Shown one piece after another: positions 1 to 9,033 of a stretch of 32,000 nucleotides of DNA. The stretch lies in contig CAYTWA010000002.1 of NCBI GenBank assembly GCA_964441955.1, forward strand, positions 137,170 through 169,169, written 5' to 3'. The first letter of the stretch is position 1, and each line of letters starts with the position of its first letter. The DNA is from an uncultured Elusimicrobia bacterium. GTDB taxonomy: Bacteria > Elusimicrobiota > Elusimicrobia > 2-01-FULL-59-12. Both the position numbers and the translations under genes were made by a program. The notes beneath the pieces were generated by a model. It was given only the letters and a program-made list of their open reading frames with translations, had not been told where the DNA came from and did no database searches.

Positions 1-160
1 CGCTTACCTACTGAAGCTTCCGGACGGCTCCGAGGTTCCCATTTTCATGCGGCGCCCTGTCTTGAAGGATGTCGCACTTGCACTTGTCATGGCTGGGCAT
101 GTCGTCTGGGTAAACAATGCTCTTTGTTGGGTGATTCGCGGTGGCAGCGACAAGGTGATC

Positions 161-1390
161 ATGAACTCTTTCGAAAAGGCCTTGGATTATGTCCATCAGT
201 TGATCGCAAAGGGCCGCCTGGTAGAGGCTGACGCATTGCTTTTTAGCCTTAAGACCACATTTCAGCAATATAGTCTTGACGAATTATTCGCCTATTGGAA
301 TGATCAATTTCCGATCTCCACTGCGTTCATTCCGCTAAATGCCTCTCAACGCTACACGGAAAACTTGGAATATCTCCTACAGACTTTAGCAAACGAGGTG
401 ATTCAGACGGTGCCGACAATCACCAAACAGCAACAGCAAAACCCGACATTTATGAATCAATTAATGAACTATTTAGCAGTCTCCGAGACACTCAATTATG
501 ACGTGACGGTCGTCTTGAACGAAGATTTAACCAGAGAATTAGGAATCAAAAATCGTTTGGTCAGGGTGGTTTTCCGCAAACCGGAAATTCCTACAGTGCA
601 AAATTTGGGGATCCTTTTGGCCCAGCGTTTTCCGCTTTTCCATCAACGATCTGAGATTGCAATACAAGTGGACGGGACATTCGTGGAGCGGGAGGCCCAC
701 CTAATACGTCCGAACGAATCGGTGGCGGCTTACGCTGGAATGAAATCGGTGGCGGGGGCTCGTCTTCCGTACTACGACGCGGAAAGTTTACTGCAGACGC
801 CTATCGATTTGCCGCTAGACGGATATCCAAAGGAGGTGCGCGACCTGCTGATTCGAGTGGCTCGAGCGGAATCCGATTTCCAGGAGGAATGGATTCGCCT
901 AGTTCGATTGGATTTATCAGGCGATTGCAGAACCCATGCCCAGCGCGCGTTTGCCGCGCTCCTCCTCGCGCATAGTTTCGCGGATGTGTCGGACATCCTC
1001 GACTTTATCGCAGCACCTCATTTCGATTGGCTGGAAATGGAGGCCATGGTTAGAAAGCTAAATGATCGATATGCCCAACGGCCAGAGGACATTGAGGACC
1101 GTTTAATCCCTGATCTTCCATGGTCGAGGCTACGAGCGAGCATCCTCAGTGAAGATCGTTACATCCATGATCCGCGTCTTGAGGGTTTTGTCAATGCTGA
1201 CGACCTGCGCGGGGTGCGCCGTTTGTCGGCTTCGACAGTCGAGGAGGAAGCCCACTTGTGGGCAGCATCGAATCTGACTGAAGACCAGTACAACGATATG
1301 CTAAGCCGTATCTATGCGGCTATCAAGAACCATATCATTCGTTTTACGCCGCCCGTACCGGCTCCAACAGCCCTATTGTCTGCCGGCTAA
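161..1390 (+). CDS. hypothetical protein, no recognisable family
   Basis: Uninterrupted ORF (track 47..1390). ATG at 161 (MNSFEKALDYVHQLI...) is preferred because AAGGTGA lies just upstream; ATG at 47 is the alternative. I can name no catalytic or binding motif. The 5' third is visibly AT-richer (KQQQQNPTFMNQLMNYL). Confidence 0.5.
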   Translation: MNSFEKALDYVHQLIAKGRLVEADALLFSLKTTFQQYSLDELFAYWNDQFPISTAFIPLNASQRYTENLEYLLQTLANEVIQTVPTITKQQQQNPTFMNQLMNYLAVSETLNYDVTVVLNEDLTRELGIKNRLVRVVFRKPEIPTVQNLGILLAQRFPLFHQRSEIAIQVDGTFVEREAHLIRPNESVAAYAGMKSVAGARLPYYDAESLLQTPIDLPLDGYPKEVRDLLIRVARAESDFQEEWIRLVRLDLSGDCRTHAQRAFAALLLAHSFADVSDILDFIAAPHFDWLEMEAMVRKLNDRYAQRPEDIEDRLIPDLPWSRLRASILSEDRYIHDPRLEGFVNADDLRGVRRLSASTVEEEAHLWAASNLTEDQYNDMLSRIYAAIKNHIIRFTPPVPAPTALLSAG

Positions 1391-1430
1391 GCGAAGGCGC
1401 CCCGCACAGAGTGTTTAGCATGAGGCATCG

Positions 1431-1562
1431 AACTGGATCAAATCTGTTTGGATTGATCCAGTTATGAGCCACCCAATGATCCAGTTGTTTCCGTCGAAAA
1501 ACAGGCAACTGGATCAACTGGATCAAAATTGTCAGTAAGATGTGCACCTCTTTGATCCAGTT
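1431..1562. repeat. six copies of the 10-nt motif AACTGGATCA in alternating orientation (REP/BIME-like palindromic cluster)
   Basis: Exact copies read directly: forward at 1431-1440, 1507-1516 and 1516-1525; reverse complement (TGATCCAGTT) at 1454-1463, 1477-1486 and 1553-1562. The cluster lies in the 247-nt gap between convergent genes (stops at 1390 and 1638). Every copy contains GATC. Confidence 0.9.
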
Positions 1563-1565
1563 AAA

Positions 1566-1585
1566 GTCCCGGGGGATACCGGGAC
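1566..1585 (-). terminator. weak candidate intrinsic terminator for the MNT gene
   Basis: GTCCCGG / CCGGGAC forms a 7-bp GC-rich stem with a 6-nt loop. On the minus strand it is followed only by TTTAA, so the U-tract is poor. Confidence 0.25.
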
Positions 1586-1637
1586 GCTACATCATCGAAA
1601 TCGCGTTGAGCCCGTTTGCTGCGGCACCAAAACCTAT

Positions 1638-2069
1638 TTACGTTCGTTCCTGGTGACACCGAGACCTGGGCGTTGTGGGTAATCTTCGATCTTCGTTTCC
1701 TTCTCTGAAAAAGGTCTGAAAATCGAGGTATTCGGTGAGTCGCGCGAACTCGAATCGCACGCGATGTCGAGGGCTCGCGCAATAGAGGATTTTTCCATCC
1801 TTCAGTATTCGGTGGACCAAAAGAGGGGGTGCTTCTTCGAGGTCCACGATATCGATGTCGTTGGTTTTTAGGGCGCGAGACATACGGTCCCGTACGTTCA
1901 ATTTAAGAGCAAAACGCTTTTTTGGGTTCAGGCCGGATTTGGCCTGAAAGGCAAAATCAAAATCACTGAGCGGCCCTTGTTTCCCGCGTGCCGCGGAACC
2001 AAACAAATACAAGGTGTTGACGGGCAGCATTCGTATCGCCCGACATATTTTCTGTCTTGGAAAAATCAT
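1638..2069 (-). CDS. minimal nucleotidyltransferase (MNT / MntA-like, pol-beta superfamily)
   Basis: LYLFGSAARGKQGPLSDFDFAF matches the GSxxRG...DxD nucleotidyltransferase signature. The DIDIVDLEEAPPLLVHRILKDGKILY tail is typical of MNT antitoxin-type proteins. ATG at 2069 is preferred; TTG at 2087 (track start) is the alternative. Confidence 0.75.
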   Translation of the reverse strand: MIFPRQKICRAIRMLPVNTLYLFGSAARGKQGPLSDFDFAFQAKSGLNPKKRFALKLNVRDRMSRALKTNDIDIVDLEEAPPLLVHRILKDGKILYCASPRHRVRFEFARLTEYLDFQTFFREGNEDRRLPTTPRSRCHQERT

Positions 2070-2177
2070 GGCTGAATTGTATCTCAACGCGAATTCTTTG
2101 TTTTCGTTTTAGGGAAAATAAGCTGCCGAAGGCGGTCGCTTGCTGTGGCGGGCGATAAGTACAATTTCCACTCCGAC

Positions 2178-3884
2178 ATGGACAAAACTCAGGTTGCCGT
2201 TTTCATGGAAGAAATTGGGACCTTGCTTGAACTTAAAGGGGAAAATCCATTTAAGTCACGCGCCTACCACCAGGCGGCGCGCATCATTCCTGCGATCGAT
2301 CGCTTTGAAGAGCTTGTTCAAACAGGTCAGCTTACATCCATAAAAGGGATTGGCGAAGGCTTGGCTGAGAAGATCACCGAAATGGTGACGGCGGGCAAGT
2401 CGTCTTACCTCGAAGAATTGCAAAAAGGGCTGCCCGCTGGGCTCATGGAAATAATCCGCGTCCAGGGCGTGGGGCCTAAACGCGCCAAAATCCTCTACGA
2501 CAAACTCAAAATCAAGGATATTCCAGGCCTTGAGAAAGCGGCCAAAGAGGGAAAAATCGCCAAGCTGGAAGGTTTTGGCGAAAAATCGCAGGAGAATATT
2601 CTTAAGGGCCTTGCCTTTTTAGGCCAGCACGCCGAGTACCATCGCTACGACGAAGCCTTGGCGGCGGCCGAAAGCGTTTTAGCGGAGCTTAAGAAAATCC
2701 CAGGCATCCAGCGGATGTCGGTGTGCGGAAGTTTGCGGCGCCGCCGCGAAGTGATCCGCGATGTCGACATTTTGATCAGCTCCCAGAGCGGTAAAGCGGT
2801 ACTGGATAAAGTCGTCGAGCTCTCATGGGTCAAACGCGTGTTAGCCCACGGCGACACCAAGGTGAGCGTACTGTTTAAAAGCGGCATTCAAGTCGATGTG
2901 CGTGTTGTTCGTGACAAGGAATTCCCATACGCCCAACACTATTTCACAGGTTCCAAAGAACACAACATCCGCATGCGCCAACGCGCGATTGAAAAAGGCT
3001 GGAAGCTAAGCGAGTACGGTCTCTTCGATAAGGAAGAAACGCTCATCCCTTGCAAAGATGAAGCGGACATCTTCAAAAAACTGGGGCTGGGCTACATTCC
3101 TCCTGAATTGCGCGAAGATCGCGGGGAGATGGAGGCGGCTGAAGCCGGAAAACTGCCGAAACTCATCGAACCGTCCGATATTCGCGGCGCTTTTCACGTG
3201 CATAGCACCTGGTCGGATGGCCGTGCGACCTTGGAAGACATGATCGCGGAAGCGCAGGCGTTGGGCTGGGAGTATGTGGGAATCTCGGACCATTCCAAAT
3301 CCGCGGGCTACGCCAACGGCTTATCGGTAGAACGGGTGGCCGAGCAGCGCCAGGAGATTGAGCGGCTTCGCAAGCAATACAACATTCGAATTTTCTGGGG
3401 GACGGAGTGCGATATCCTGTCGGATGGCGCATTGGATTACCCGGACAAAGTGCTCGCCGCCTACGATTATGTCATCGCCTCCATCCATTCACATTTCACC
3501 CAGCCGCAGGAAGAGATCACGAAGCGACTGCTTAAAGCGATCCGCAGTCCCTACACCACCATTTTGGGGCATATGACGGGCCGTCTTCTGCTGCAGCGTG
3601 AAGGGTATAGGGTGGACGTGGAAACCGTCTTAAAAGCCGCCGCTGAAAATGACGTGGCAGTTGAAATCAACGCTCAACCTAAACGTTTTGATATCGATTG
3701 GCGCCACCTGCCAAAGGCCAAAGAGTTGGGCGTCCAATTGGTGATCAACCCCGATGCCCATGCCGTAGAGCAGCTGCATGTGATTCCTTTCGGGGTGGGG
3801 CTTGCTCGCAAAGGGTGGTTGACCAAAGACGACGTGCTCAACACATGGCCACTGGCCAAGATGGAAGCCTGGCTGGCCAAATGA
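2178..3884 (+). CDS. polX: DNA polymerase/3'-5' exonuclease PolX (pol-beta-like domain + PHP domain)
   Basis: HhH motifs (GIGEGLAEKI, VQGVGPKRAKILY), the catalytic nucleotidyltransferase segment CGSLRRRREVIRDVDILI, and C-terminal PHP motifs (FHVHSTWSDG, ISDHS). ATG 2178 (MDKTQVAVFMEEIGTLLELKGENPFKSRAY) fits the usual PolX N-terminus; GTG 2145 is the alternative. Confidence 0.9.
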   Translation: MDKTQVAVFMEEIGTLLELKGENPFKSRAYHQAARIIPAIDRFEELVQTGQLTSIKGIGEGLAEKITEMVTAGKSSYLEELQKGLPAGLMEIIRVQGVGPKRAKILYDKLKIKDIPGLEKAAKEGKIAKLEGFGEKSQENILKGLAFLGQHAEYHRYDEALAAAESVLAELKKIPGIQRMSVCGSLRRRREVIRDVDILISSQSGKAVLDKVVELSWVKRVLAHGDTKVSVLFKSGIQVDVRVVRDKEFPYAQHYFTGSKEHNIRMRQRAIEKGWKLSEYGLFDKEETLIPCKDEADIFKKLGLGYIPPELREDRGEMEAAEAGKLPKLIEPSDIRGAFHVHSTWSDGRATLEDMIAEAQALGWEYVGISDHSKSAGYANGLSVERVAEQRQEIERLRKQYNIRIFWGTECDILSDGALDYPDKVLAAYDYVIASIHSHFTQPQEEITKRLLKAIRSPYTTILGHMTGRLLLQREGYRVDVETVLKAAAENDVAVEINAQPKRFDIDWRHLPKAKELGVQLVINPDAHAVEQLHVIPFGVGLARKGWLTKDDVLNTWPLAKMEAWLAK

Positions 3885-4594
3885 ACGACAACCCCGAGTA
3901 CATTAAGAGACTTCTCCCGTTACTCAAAAAACACTGGCCCAAACCATTGTGCGAGGTGAAGCACGAAAATGCTCTTCAACTGATGGTAGGCGTCATTCTT
4001 TCGGCGCAGTCGACCGATAAAACGGTCAACGACATCACCCCTGCGCTTTTCAAGAAATACCCCACGGCCAAAGCGTTTGCCGATGCCGATCCTCTTGATA
4101 TCGAGAAAATGATTTTCCGCTGTGGTTTCTTCCGGGCCAAAACCAAGTCGATCCAAAGGGCGTGTCGAATGTTGGTAGAAAAACATGGGGGCGAAATCCC
4201 CAAAACCATGGAAGATCTTCTCGAGCTTCCGGGGATCGGACGCAAAAGCGCCAATGTGATTTTAGGGGCTTGCTTCGGTATTACAGCCGGGATTGTGGTG
4301 GACACACACATGATAAGGCTTTGCACGGAGCGTTTGAAGCTTTCGCGAAACATAGACCCCGTCAAACTGGAAGCCGACCTCATGAAGATCGTTCCCCAAA
4401 AAAGCTGGATTTACTTCTCCCAGTCCATGGTGCTGCATGGCCGCTATATTTGTATCGCGCGCACGCCGCGTTGTTGGGAGTGTCATCTCATTAAAATGTG
4501 CCCCTATGCCGACAAGGTGCTCTCGACTAAATTAGAAGACAAAACATTCCCGTCCCGTCAAACGATTACCGGCGTTCCCGTTCTTGTCCGTTAG
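3881..4594 (+). CDS. nth: endonuclease III (HhH-GPD DNA glycosylase/AP lyase)
   Basis: HhH-GPD segment LLELPGIGRKSANVILG...VDTH and a 4Fe-4S cluster loop C-x6-C-x2-C-x5-C (CIARTPRCWECHLIKMC). ATG 3881 overlaps the polX stop (ATGA). The 61 upstream codons of the track ORF lie inside polX and are not coding. Confidence 0.9.
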   Translation: MNDNPEYIKRLLPLLKKHWPKPLCEVKHENALQLMVGVILSAQSTDKTVNDITPALFKKYPTAKAFADADPLDIEKMIFRCGFFRAKTKSIQRACRMLVEKHGGEIPKTMEDLLELPGIGRKSANVILGACFGITAGIVVDTHMIRLCTERLKLSRNIDPVKLEADLMKIVPQKSWIYFSQSMVLHGRYICIARTPRCWECHLIKMCPYADKVLSTKLEDKTFPSRQTITGVPVLVR

Positions 4595-4597
4595 GGC

Positions 4598-5650
4598 ATG
4601 CAGACATTTTCCGATTGGATGCAGCACGCCTTGTACGGCCCCAAGGGGTATTACGCCTCCGGAGAGGCGCAAAGTGGACGCGAGGGAGATTATTTCACCG
4701 CGCCGGATACGGGGCTTGCCTTCGGCGTACTGCTCGGCGCCATTTTTGAGCAGTGGGCGGATTCCTTCGCCGCGCGGCCGTTTCATCTGGTCGAATGCGG
4801 GGCGGGCACCGGAAAGCTAGCCCGCCAGTTGGAGTCATGTCCGCTTCCTTACATGGCGATTGAAAAAAGCGCCGCGCGATTTAAAATTCTCCAAGAAACA
4901 AAGCGCGCGGGCATGACCGTTTATCCCGACCTTCTTTCCATCCCCGCACGCCCGCTCCACGGAGTCATTTTTTCCAATGAGTTGTTTGATGCGATGCCGG
5001 TTCACCGAATCCGAGTTCACGAGGGGCGGCTTCAAGAAGGTTTTGTCACTCCGCAAGGCGAAATGTTTTGGGGCAACCCCTCTACGCCGGCATTGGAAGC
5101 GTACTTCAGCCGCCTTCATCTCACGCTGCCGGAAGGATATGAAACGGAAGTCAATTTGGCGATGCGCGCGTGGATGAAGGAGGCCGCGCAAACGCTTCAA
5201 TCGGGTCTTGTCGTGGCCATCGATTACGGTCGCCCGGCCTGGCAATACTACGACCGCGAACGTAGCGGGGGCACTTTGCGTATCTTTAAAGATCACGTGG
5301 TTCGGAAATTAGGGTCAGCGACTCAAGTGACATTGGGCGTGGATCCCCCGGTCGATATGACCGCGGATATCGACTTCACCAGTTTAGCGCTGGATGGAAT
5401 CGAAACGGGTTTTGAGCCCATCGCGTTTATGGAGTTAGGGACGTTTCTCATGAATGGCGCGCGTGCCATCTTGGGAAAGGGGGACTACAAAGCCAAGGCG
5501 CCTTCGGGGATGCGCTATCTCCTTCATCCGGAGGGCATGGGCAGCGCCTTTCATGTGCTTGTGTTAGGCAAAGGAATCGATAAAAACGACTGGGCATTTG
5601 AAGGCAACCGCCTTTCTCGGTTAGGATTGCCCTCATGGCACTGCAAGTAG
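4598..5650 (+). CDS. class I SAM-dependent methyltransferase, MidA/NDUFAF7-like (DUF185)
   Basis: The N-terminus FSDWMQHALYGPKGYYASG...GDYFTAP and the SAM loop LVECGAGTGKLA match what I recall of the MidA family. The start lies 3 nt after the nth stop. Confidence 0.75.
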   Translation: MQTFSDWMQHALYGPKGYYASGEAQSGREGDYFTAPDTGLAFGVLLGAIFEQWADSFAARPFHLVECGAGTGKLARQLESCPLPYMAIEKSAARFKILQETKRAGMTVYPDLLSIPARPLHGVIFSNELFDAMPVHRIRVHEGRLQEGFVTPQGEMFWGNPSTPALEAYFSRLHLTLPEGYETEVNLAMRAWMKEAAQTLQSGLVVAIDYGRPAWQYYDRERSGGTLRIFKDHVVRKLGSATQVTLGVDPPVDMTADIDFTSLALDGIETGFEPIAFMELGTFLMNGARAILGKGDYKAKAPSGMRYLLHPEGMGSAFHVLVLGKGIDKNDWAFEGNRLSRLGLPSWHCK

Positions 5651-6090
5651 GCGACAAAGCCCCCGACTTTGACTTAATGGCTGACCACGGCAAGCAAATC
5701 CGTCTGAAAGACCATGACGGGAAAAGCCTCGTGCTTTATTTCTATCCTAAAGACGATACCTCGGGCTGCACGAAAGAAGCTTGCGCCTTTCGCGATGATT
5801 TCTCGGCGTATGCCAAAAAAAACGCCGTCATCTTGGGGGTGAGTCTAGACCCCGTATTGTCGCACCAAAAATTTAAGAAGAAATACGACCTGCCGTTTCC
5901 ACTGCTGGCCGATGACGGGGCTACGGTGAGTAAGGCCTACGGCGTGTACAAACAAAAAAGCATGTACGGCCGCACCTATTGGGGTATCGAGCGTACGACA
6001 TTTGTGATCGGCACCGACCGCCGCATAAAAGGTATTTTCCCGAAAGTAAAAGTCGAGGGACATTCCGCGGAGATCCTGGCCGCTTTGTGA
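5635..6090 (+). CDS. bcp: thioredoxin-dependent thiol peroxidase (Bcp / PrxQ peroxiredoxin)
   Basis: LVLYFYPKDDTSGCTKEACAFRD carries the peroxidatic Cys in the T-x-x-C context, with a second Cys after four residues, as in Bcp. The gene overlaps the upstream gene by 16 nt. Confidence 0.9.
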   Translation: MALQVGDKAPDFDLMADHGKQIRLKDHDGKSLVLYFYPKDDTSGCTKEACAFRDDFSAYAKKNAVILGVSLDPVLSHQKFKKKYDLPFPLLADDGATVSKAYGVYKQKSMYGRTYWGIERTTFVIGTDRRIKGIFPKVKVEGHSAEILAAL

Positions 6091-6731
6091 CCGAAGTCGA
6101 CGCGCTGTTGTTTGATTTAGACGGCACCCTCATTGATTCCACCCGCGACTTAGCCGAGTCCGTCCGCCACGTTCAAGCGCATTACCAGTGTCCTTTAAGT
6201 TCGGATTCCCAAGTGGCGGCCTTTATCGGGGATGGCATCGTCAAATTGGTAGAGCGCGCGGTCCCCGGTTTTACCGGCCCAAAGCTCCATGAAGCCGTCG
6301 ATTTGCTGAAAGCGTTTTATCGAACGCATTGCCTGGATCACACACGCCTCCTTCCCGGGGTAAACCAAGTTTTAGAGCATTACCGTACGAAAACCTTAAC
6401 GGTTGTGACGAATAAACCCGAACGCGTTTCGCGCCGCATTTTAAAGGGGCTAGGAATCGACGGGTATTTCAAAAGCGTTTTAGGCGGCGATTCACGGCCC
6501 ACCAAAAAGCCGGACCCGGAACCATTGTTATGGGTTTTAAATACGTTCCAAGTTCCGCCCCGCCGCGCGGTGATGGTGGGCGATGGCCCAAACGATGTTT
6601 TGGCAGGACGAGCGGCCGGGATATGGACAGCCTCGATTCGCTCAACGATTTCTCACAGCCAGCCGCCGACCCCACACAAGGCCGATATCGAGCTTCTCAA
6701 CTTGGCCGATTTGATGCGATTTTTCAACTAG
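6087..6731 (+). CDS. HAD-IA family hydrolase, phosphoglycolate-phosphatase-like
   Basis: HAD motifs I (LFDLDGTLIDS), II (VVTNKP), III (KKPDPEP) and IV (MVGDGPNDVLAGRAAG) are all present. GTG 6087 overlaps the bcp stop (GTGA). The track ORF start at 5979 lies inside bcp. Confidence 0.8.
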   Translation: MTEVDALLFDLDGTLIDSTRDLAESVRHVQAHYQCPLSSDSQVAAFIGDGIVKLVERAVPGFTGPKLHEAVDLLKAFYRTHCLDHTRLLPGVNQVLEHYRTKTLTVVTNKPERVSRRILKGLGIDGYFKSVLGGDSRPTKKPDPEPLLWVLNTFQVPPRRAVMVGDGPNDVLAGRAAGIWTASIRSTISHSQPPTPHKADIELLNLADLMRFFN

Positions 6732-6881
6732 GATAAACGCCTTTAATCTCACCTCACAGACTTCTCAACACGCCGACAAAAATGAAAGATTCAAATGTCA
6801 AAAACCCTCTCTAAATAAGCCTAATTAAACGTTACAGGATCTTTACTTTCGTTTGAGGTCGCTTCCCTTAATAAAGGATAC

Positions 6882-7832
6882 GTGCAAAGCAAAAAGTTTC
6901 TCTTTGCCATTCTCCTTTTCCTTCCCTGCTGGGTCTGGGGCTCGTTTGAAGAGCTGCCCACGGGCGCTCGTCAAGCCGGCATGGGCAGCGCCTTTTCTGC
7001 GCTAGCCGACGATGTCTACGCCGCCTATTACAACCCGGCCGGCCTCGTGCAGCTGCACCGCTCGGAATTTACCGCCTATTATTCGAAGCTTTATGCCGGT
7101 TTAGACGACGGCTCCTCGATCAGTCGCAATTACGTCGCCTACGGTCACCCAACGCGCCGCGGCACGTTGGGTTTCAGCTATCTTTCGCTTTCGCTCTCCG
7201 GACTTTATTCGGAATCGGTGATGGCGCTCCACTACGCGACGGCGATCAAAGATAAATGGAACATCGGCACGAGCCTCAAATTTTTGCGCAAATCGTTCGG
7301 CTCCGACGCATATACGGAAAACGCCATCAACTCAGACACGGGCGTCTCGCTCGGCGCGCCAGACCCGCTTTTTTCCCAAAACGGCTCTTCGAAATCGGGG
7401 ATGGCGCTTGATGCAGGCATCCAATACCGCCTCTCACGCCTCTACGGTTTAGGCTTTACCATCTTAAATCTCAACAGCCCGAATATGGCCATCGCCAGCT
7501 CGGACAGCGACCCAGTCTCGACGGTCTATAAAACAGGTTTGGCTCGCCGCACGAAGAGTTCCTCCGTGGATGCCGAAGTGTCGATGCGCCAATTTACGGG
7601 GAATGAATTTCGCATCAACATCGGCGGCGAACGCTGGCTCAAGGGCGGCTTCGGGTTCCGTGGGGGCTTGGGGTTTGGGCAGCGTCAGTACCAGATGACC
7701 TCCTTCGGCGTTTCATACCGCTGGGAAGCCCTCCAGTTCGACTACGCAATGCTCTACCCACTCTCTGGTGTTAAAACGGGGTTTGGGTCGCACCAGCTGT
7801 CCATGACGTTTCGATTTGGAAGGAAAAATTAG
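6882..7832 (+). CDS. outer-membrane beta-barrel protein, FadL/PorV-superfamily-like
   Basis: GTG start after AAAGGATA and the signal peptide MQSKKFLFAILLFLPCWVWG. The N-terminal motif GARQAGMGSAFSALADDVYAAYYNPAGL is one I recognise from FadL/TodX and PorV/PorQ-type barrels. The sequence has an alternating-strand character with a near-terminal aromatic strand (HQLSMTFRF). Confidence 0.6.
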   Translation: MQSKKFLFAILLFLPCWVWGSFEELPTGARQAGMGSAFSALADDVYAAYYNPAGLVQLHRSEFTAYYSKLYAGLDDGSSISRNYVAYGHPTRRGTLGFSYLSLSLSGLYSESVMALHYATAIKDKWNIGTSLKFLRKSFGSDAYTENAINSDTGVSLGAPDPLFSQNGSSKSGMALDAGIQYRLSRLYGLGFTILNLNSPNMAIASSDSDPVSTVYKTGLARRTKSSSVDAEVSMRQFTGNEFRINIGGERWLKGGFGFRGGLGFGQRQYQMTSFGVSYRWEALQFDYAMLYPLSGVKTGFGSHQLSMTFRFGRKN

Positions 7833-7914
7833 CATGGTTTTACACTTTCGTTACAGGCTTGTGATGCGCACTTTACAGAGGGCCTTTAGACTCCTAGAGA
7901 GAGGTACAAACGCC

Positions 7915-9024
7915 ATGCGAATACTCCCGGCAATGATGGCAGGCTTGCTGATCCTGACGGGACCGGCTGCCTCCCTCCATGCCTGGAGTTGGGATGACGA
8001 TGAATCGATCGGGAAAGACGAACTGGAAACCCAGCTCTTAGGCTACCGCAAACGCGTCGAATCCGGCATCCCGCTTTCCGAACGCATCGTTCTTTTGGAC
8101 CGCCTCATCAAACTCTACGGAATTCATGGCCGAGATGCGAAAGCTCTCGAATTGGAACGCGCGCAGGTGATTGCCGACGAGCAGGCGGTCGCTAACGTGA
8201 GCGCGGCGTCGCGTGAAAAATCCCAAAGCCTTTTCCAACAGGCCTTCGAGCAGATTAAAAACGGTCATTTCCGTGAAGCGCAGCGCCTTTTGGTCGAAGC
8301 CGAACACCTAAACCCCCAGGACAAAATCATCAGCGATCTGCGCGCAAAGACCGACCAAGTGGCCGCCATTTTGGCGGAAGCGCCCCTCGACCCAACGGTC
8401 GGGGATTTAGTCAAGCGCGGGGTGTTGCAATATGTTCAAAACGAGCCGTCCAAAGCGCTTAATTTCCTTGTTTATGCGCAGCAAAAAGACGATACCAACC
8501 CGGATCTTCCGGCTTTGGTGGAATTGGCCAAACGAAGCGTCCCCGAATCGTCCGAAATTTTGGATACGCGTTTGAATTTAATCGACCAGAAGCTTCAGCG
8601 AGCCCTCGAGAAAATTTACTCCGGCGAATACTTGGTGGCCGCCAAAGAATGCCAAGAGGTCTTAGACCTTGAGCCGGATAACGCCTTGGCGCTCACCCGG
8701 TTAGGCTCTGTTTATTACGCCATGGGCCAGGTCAAGCAAGCGCGGTCCTATTGGAAGCAAGCGCAGACACTTGACCCCAAAAACAACGTGCTTAAAAGCT
8801 TTATGGACCAAACCGCCACGGAGGCCGACCGTGCGCCGGCTCAGGCGCTTACCTATAAGGTGGAAAAAGGCGATACCCTTCAAACGATTGCTGAAAAGGT
8901 CTACAAAAACAAAAGTGCCTGGCGGCGAATTTATGAGGCAAACCGGGCGTATATGAAAAACCCGTATCAATTAAGCGCCGGGCAAGTCCTGGTGCTGCCT
9001 CCGGGCGGCGTGTCGGCCCCCTAA
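7915..9024 (+). CDS. secreted TPR-repeat protein with C-terminal LysM (peptidoglycan-binding) domain
   Basis: ATG 7915 gives the signal peptide MRILPAMMAGLLILTGPAASLHA. TPR-like repeats are present (AKECQEVLDLEPDNALALTRLGSVYYAMGQVKQARSYWKQAQTLDPKN), followed by a C-terminal LysM (YKVEKGDTLQTIAEKVY...YQLSAGQVLVLP). The track start 7816 overlaps the upstream gene and is less likely. Confidence 0.7.
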   Translation: MRILPAMMAGLLILTGPAASLHAWSWDDDESIGKDELETQLLGYRKRVESGIPLSERIVLLDRLIKLYGIHGRDAKALELERAQVIADEQAVANVSAASREKSQSLFQQAFEQIKNGHFREAQRLLVEAEHLNPQDKIISDLRAKTDQVAAILAEAPLDPTVGDLVKRGVLQYVQNEPSKALNFLVYAQQKDDTNPDLPALVELAKRSVPESSEILDTRLNLIDQKLQRALEKIYSGEYLVAAKECQEVLDLEPDNALALTRLGSVYYAMGQVKQARSYWKQAQTLDPKNNVLKSFMDQTATEADRAPAQALTYKVEKGDTLQTIAEKVYKNKSAWRRIYEANRAYMKNPYQLSAGQVLVLPPGGVSAP

Positions 9025-9033
9025 TGGAGTGAT

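Noticed and set aside
8-268. Numerous 60-150-aa antisense or out-of-frame ORFs nested inside the long genes, such as 8..268 (-), 772..996 (-), 10545..10952 (-), 13628..14056 (-) and 19926..20321 (-).
   Set aside because: They are fully embedded in strongly supported genes, show no recognisable motifs, and have Arg/Ser/Pro-rich compositions typical of off-frame translation.
1344-1547. The 67-aa minus-strand ORF downstream of the MNT gene as a remnant HEPN toxin (it contains RKQLDH, formally an Rx4H).
   Set aside because: The ORF is largely a translation of the 10-mer repeats (LIQLIQL), overlaps the convergent gene's 3' end, and has no other HEPN-like features. The Rx4H match is too short to mean anything.
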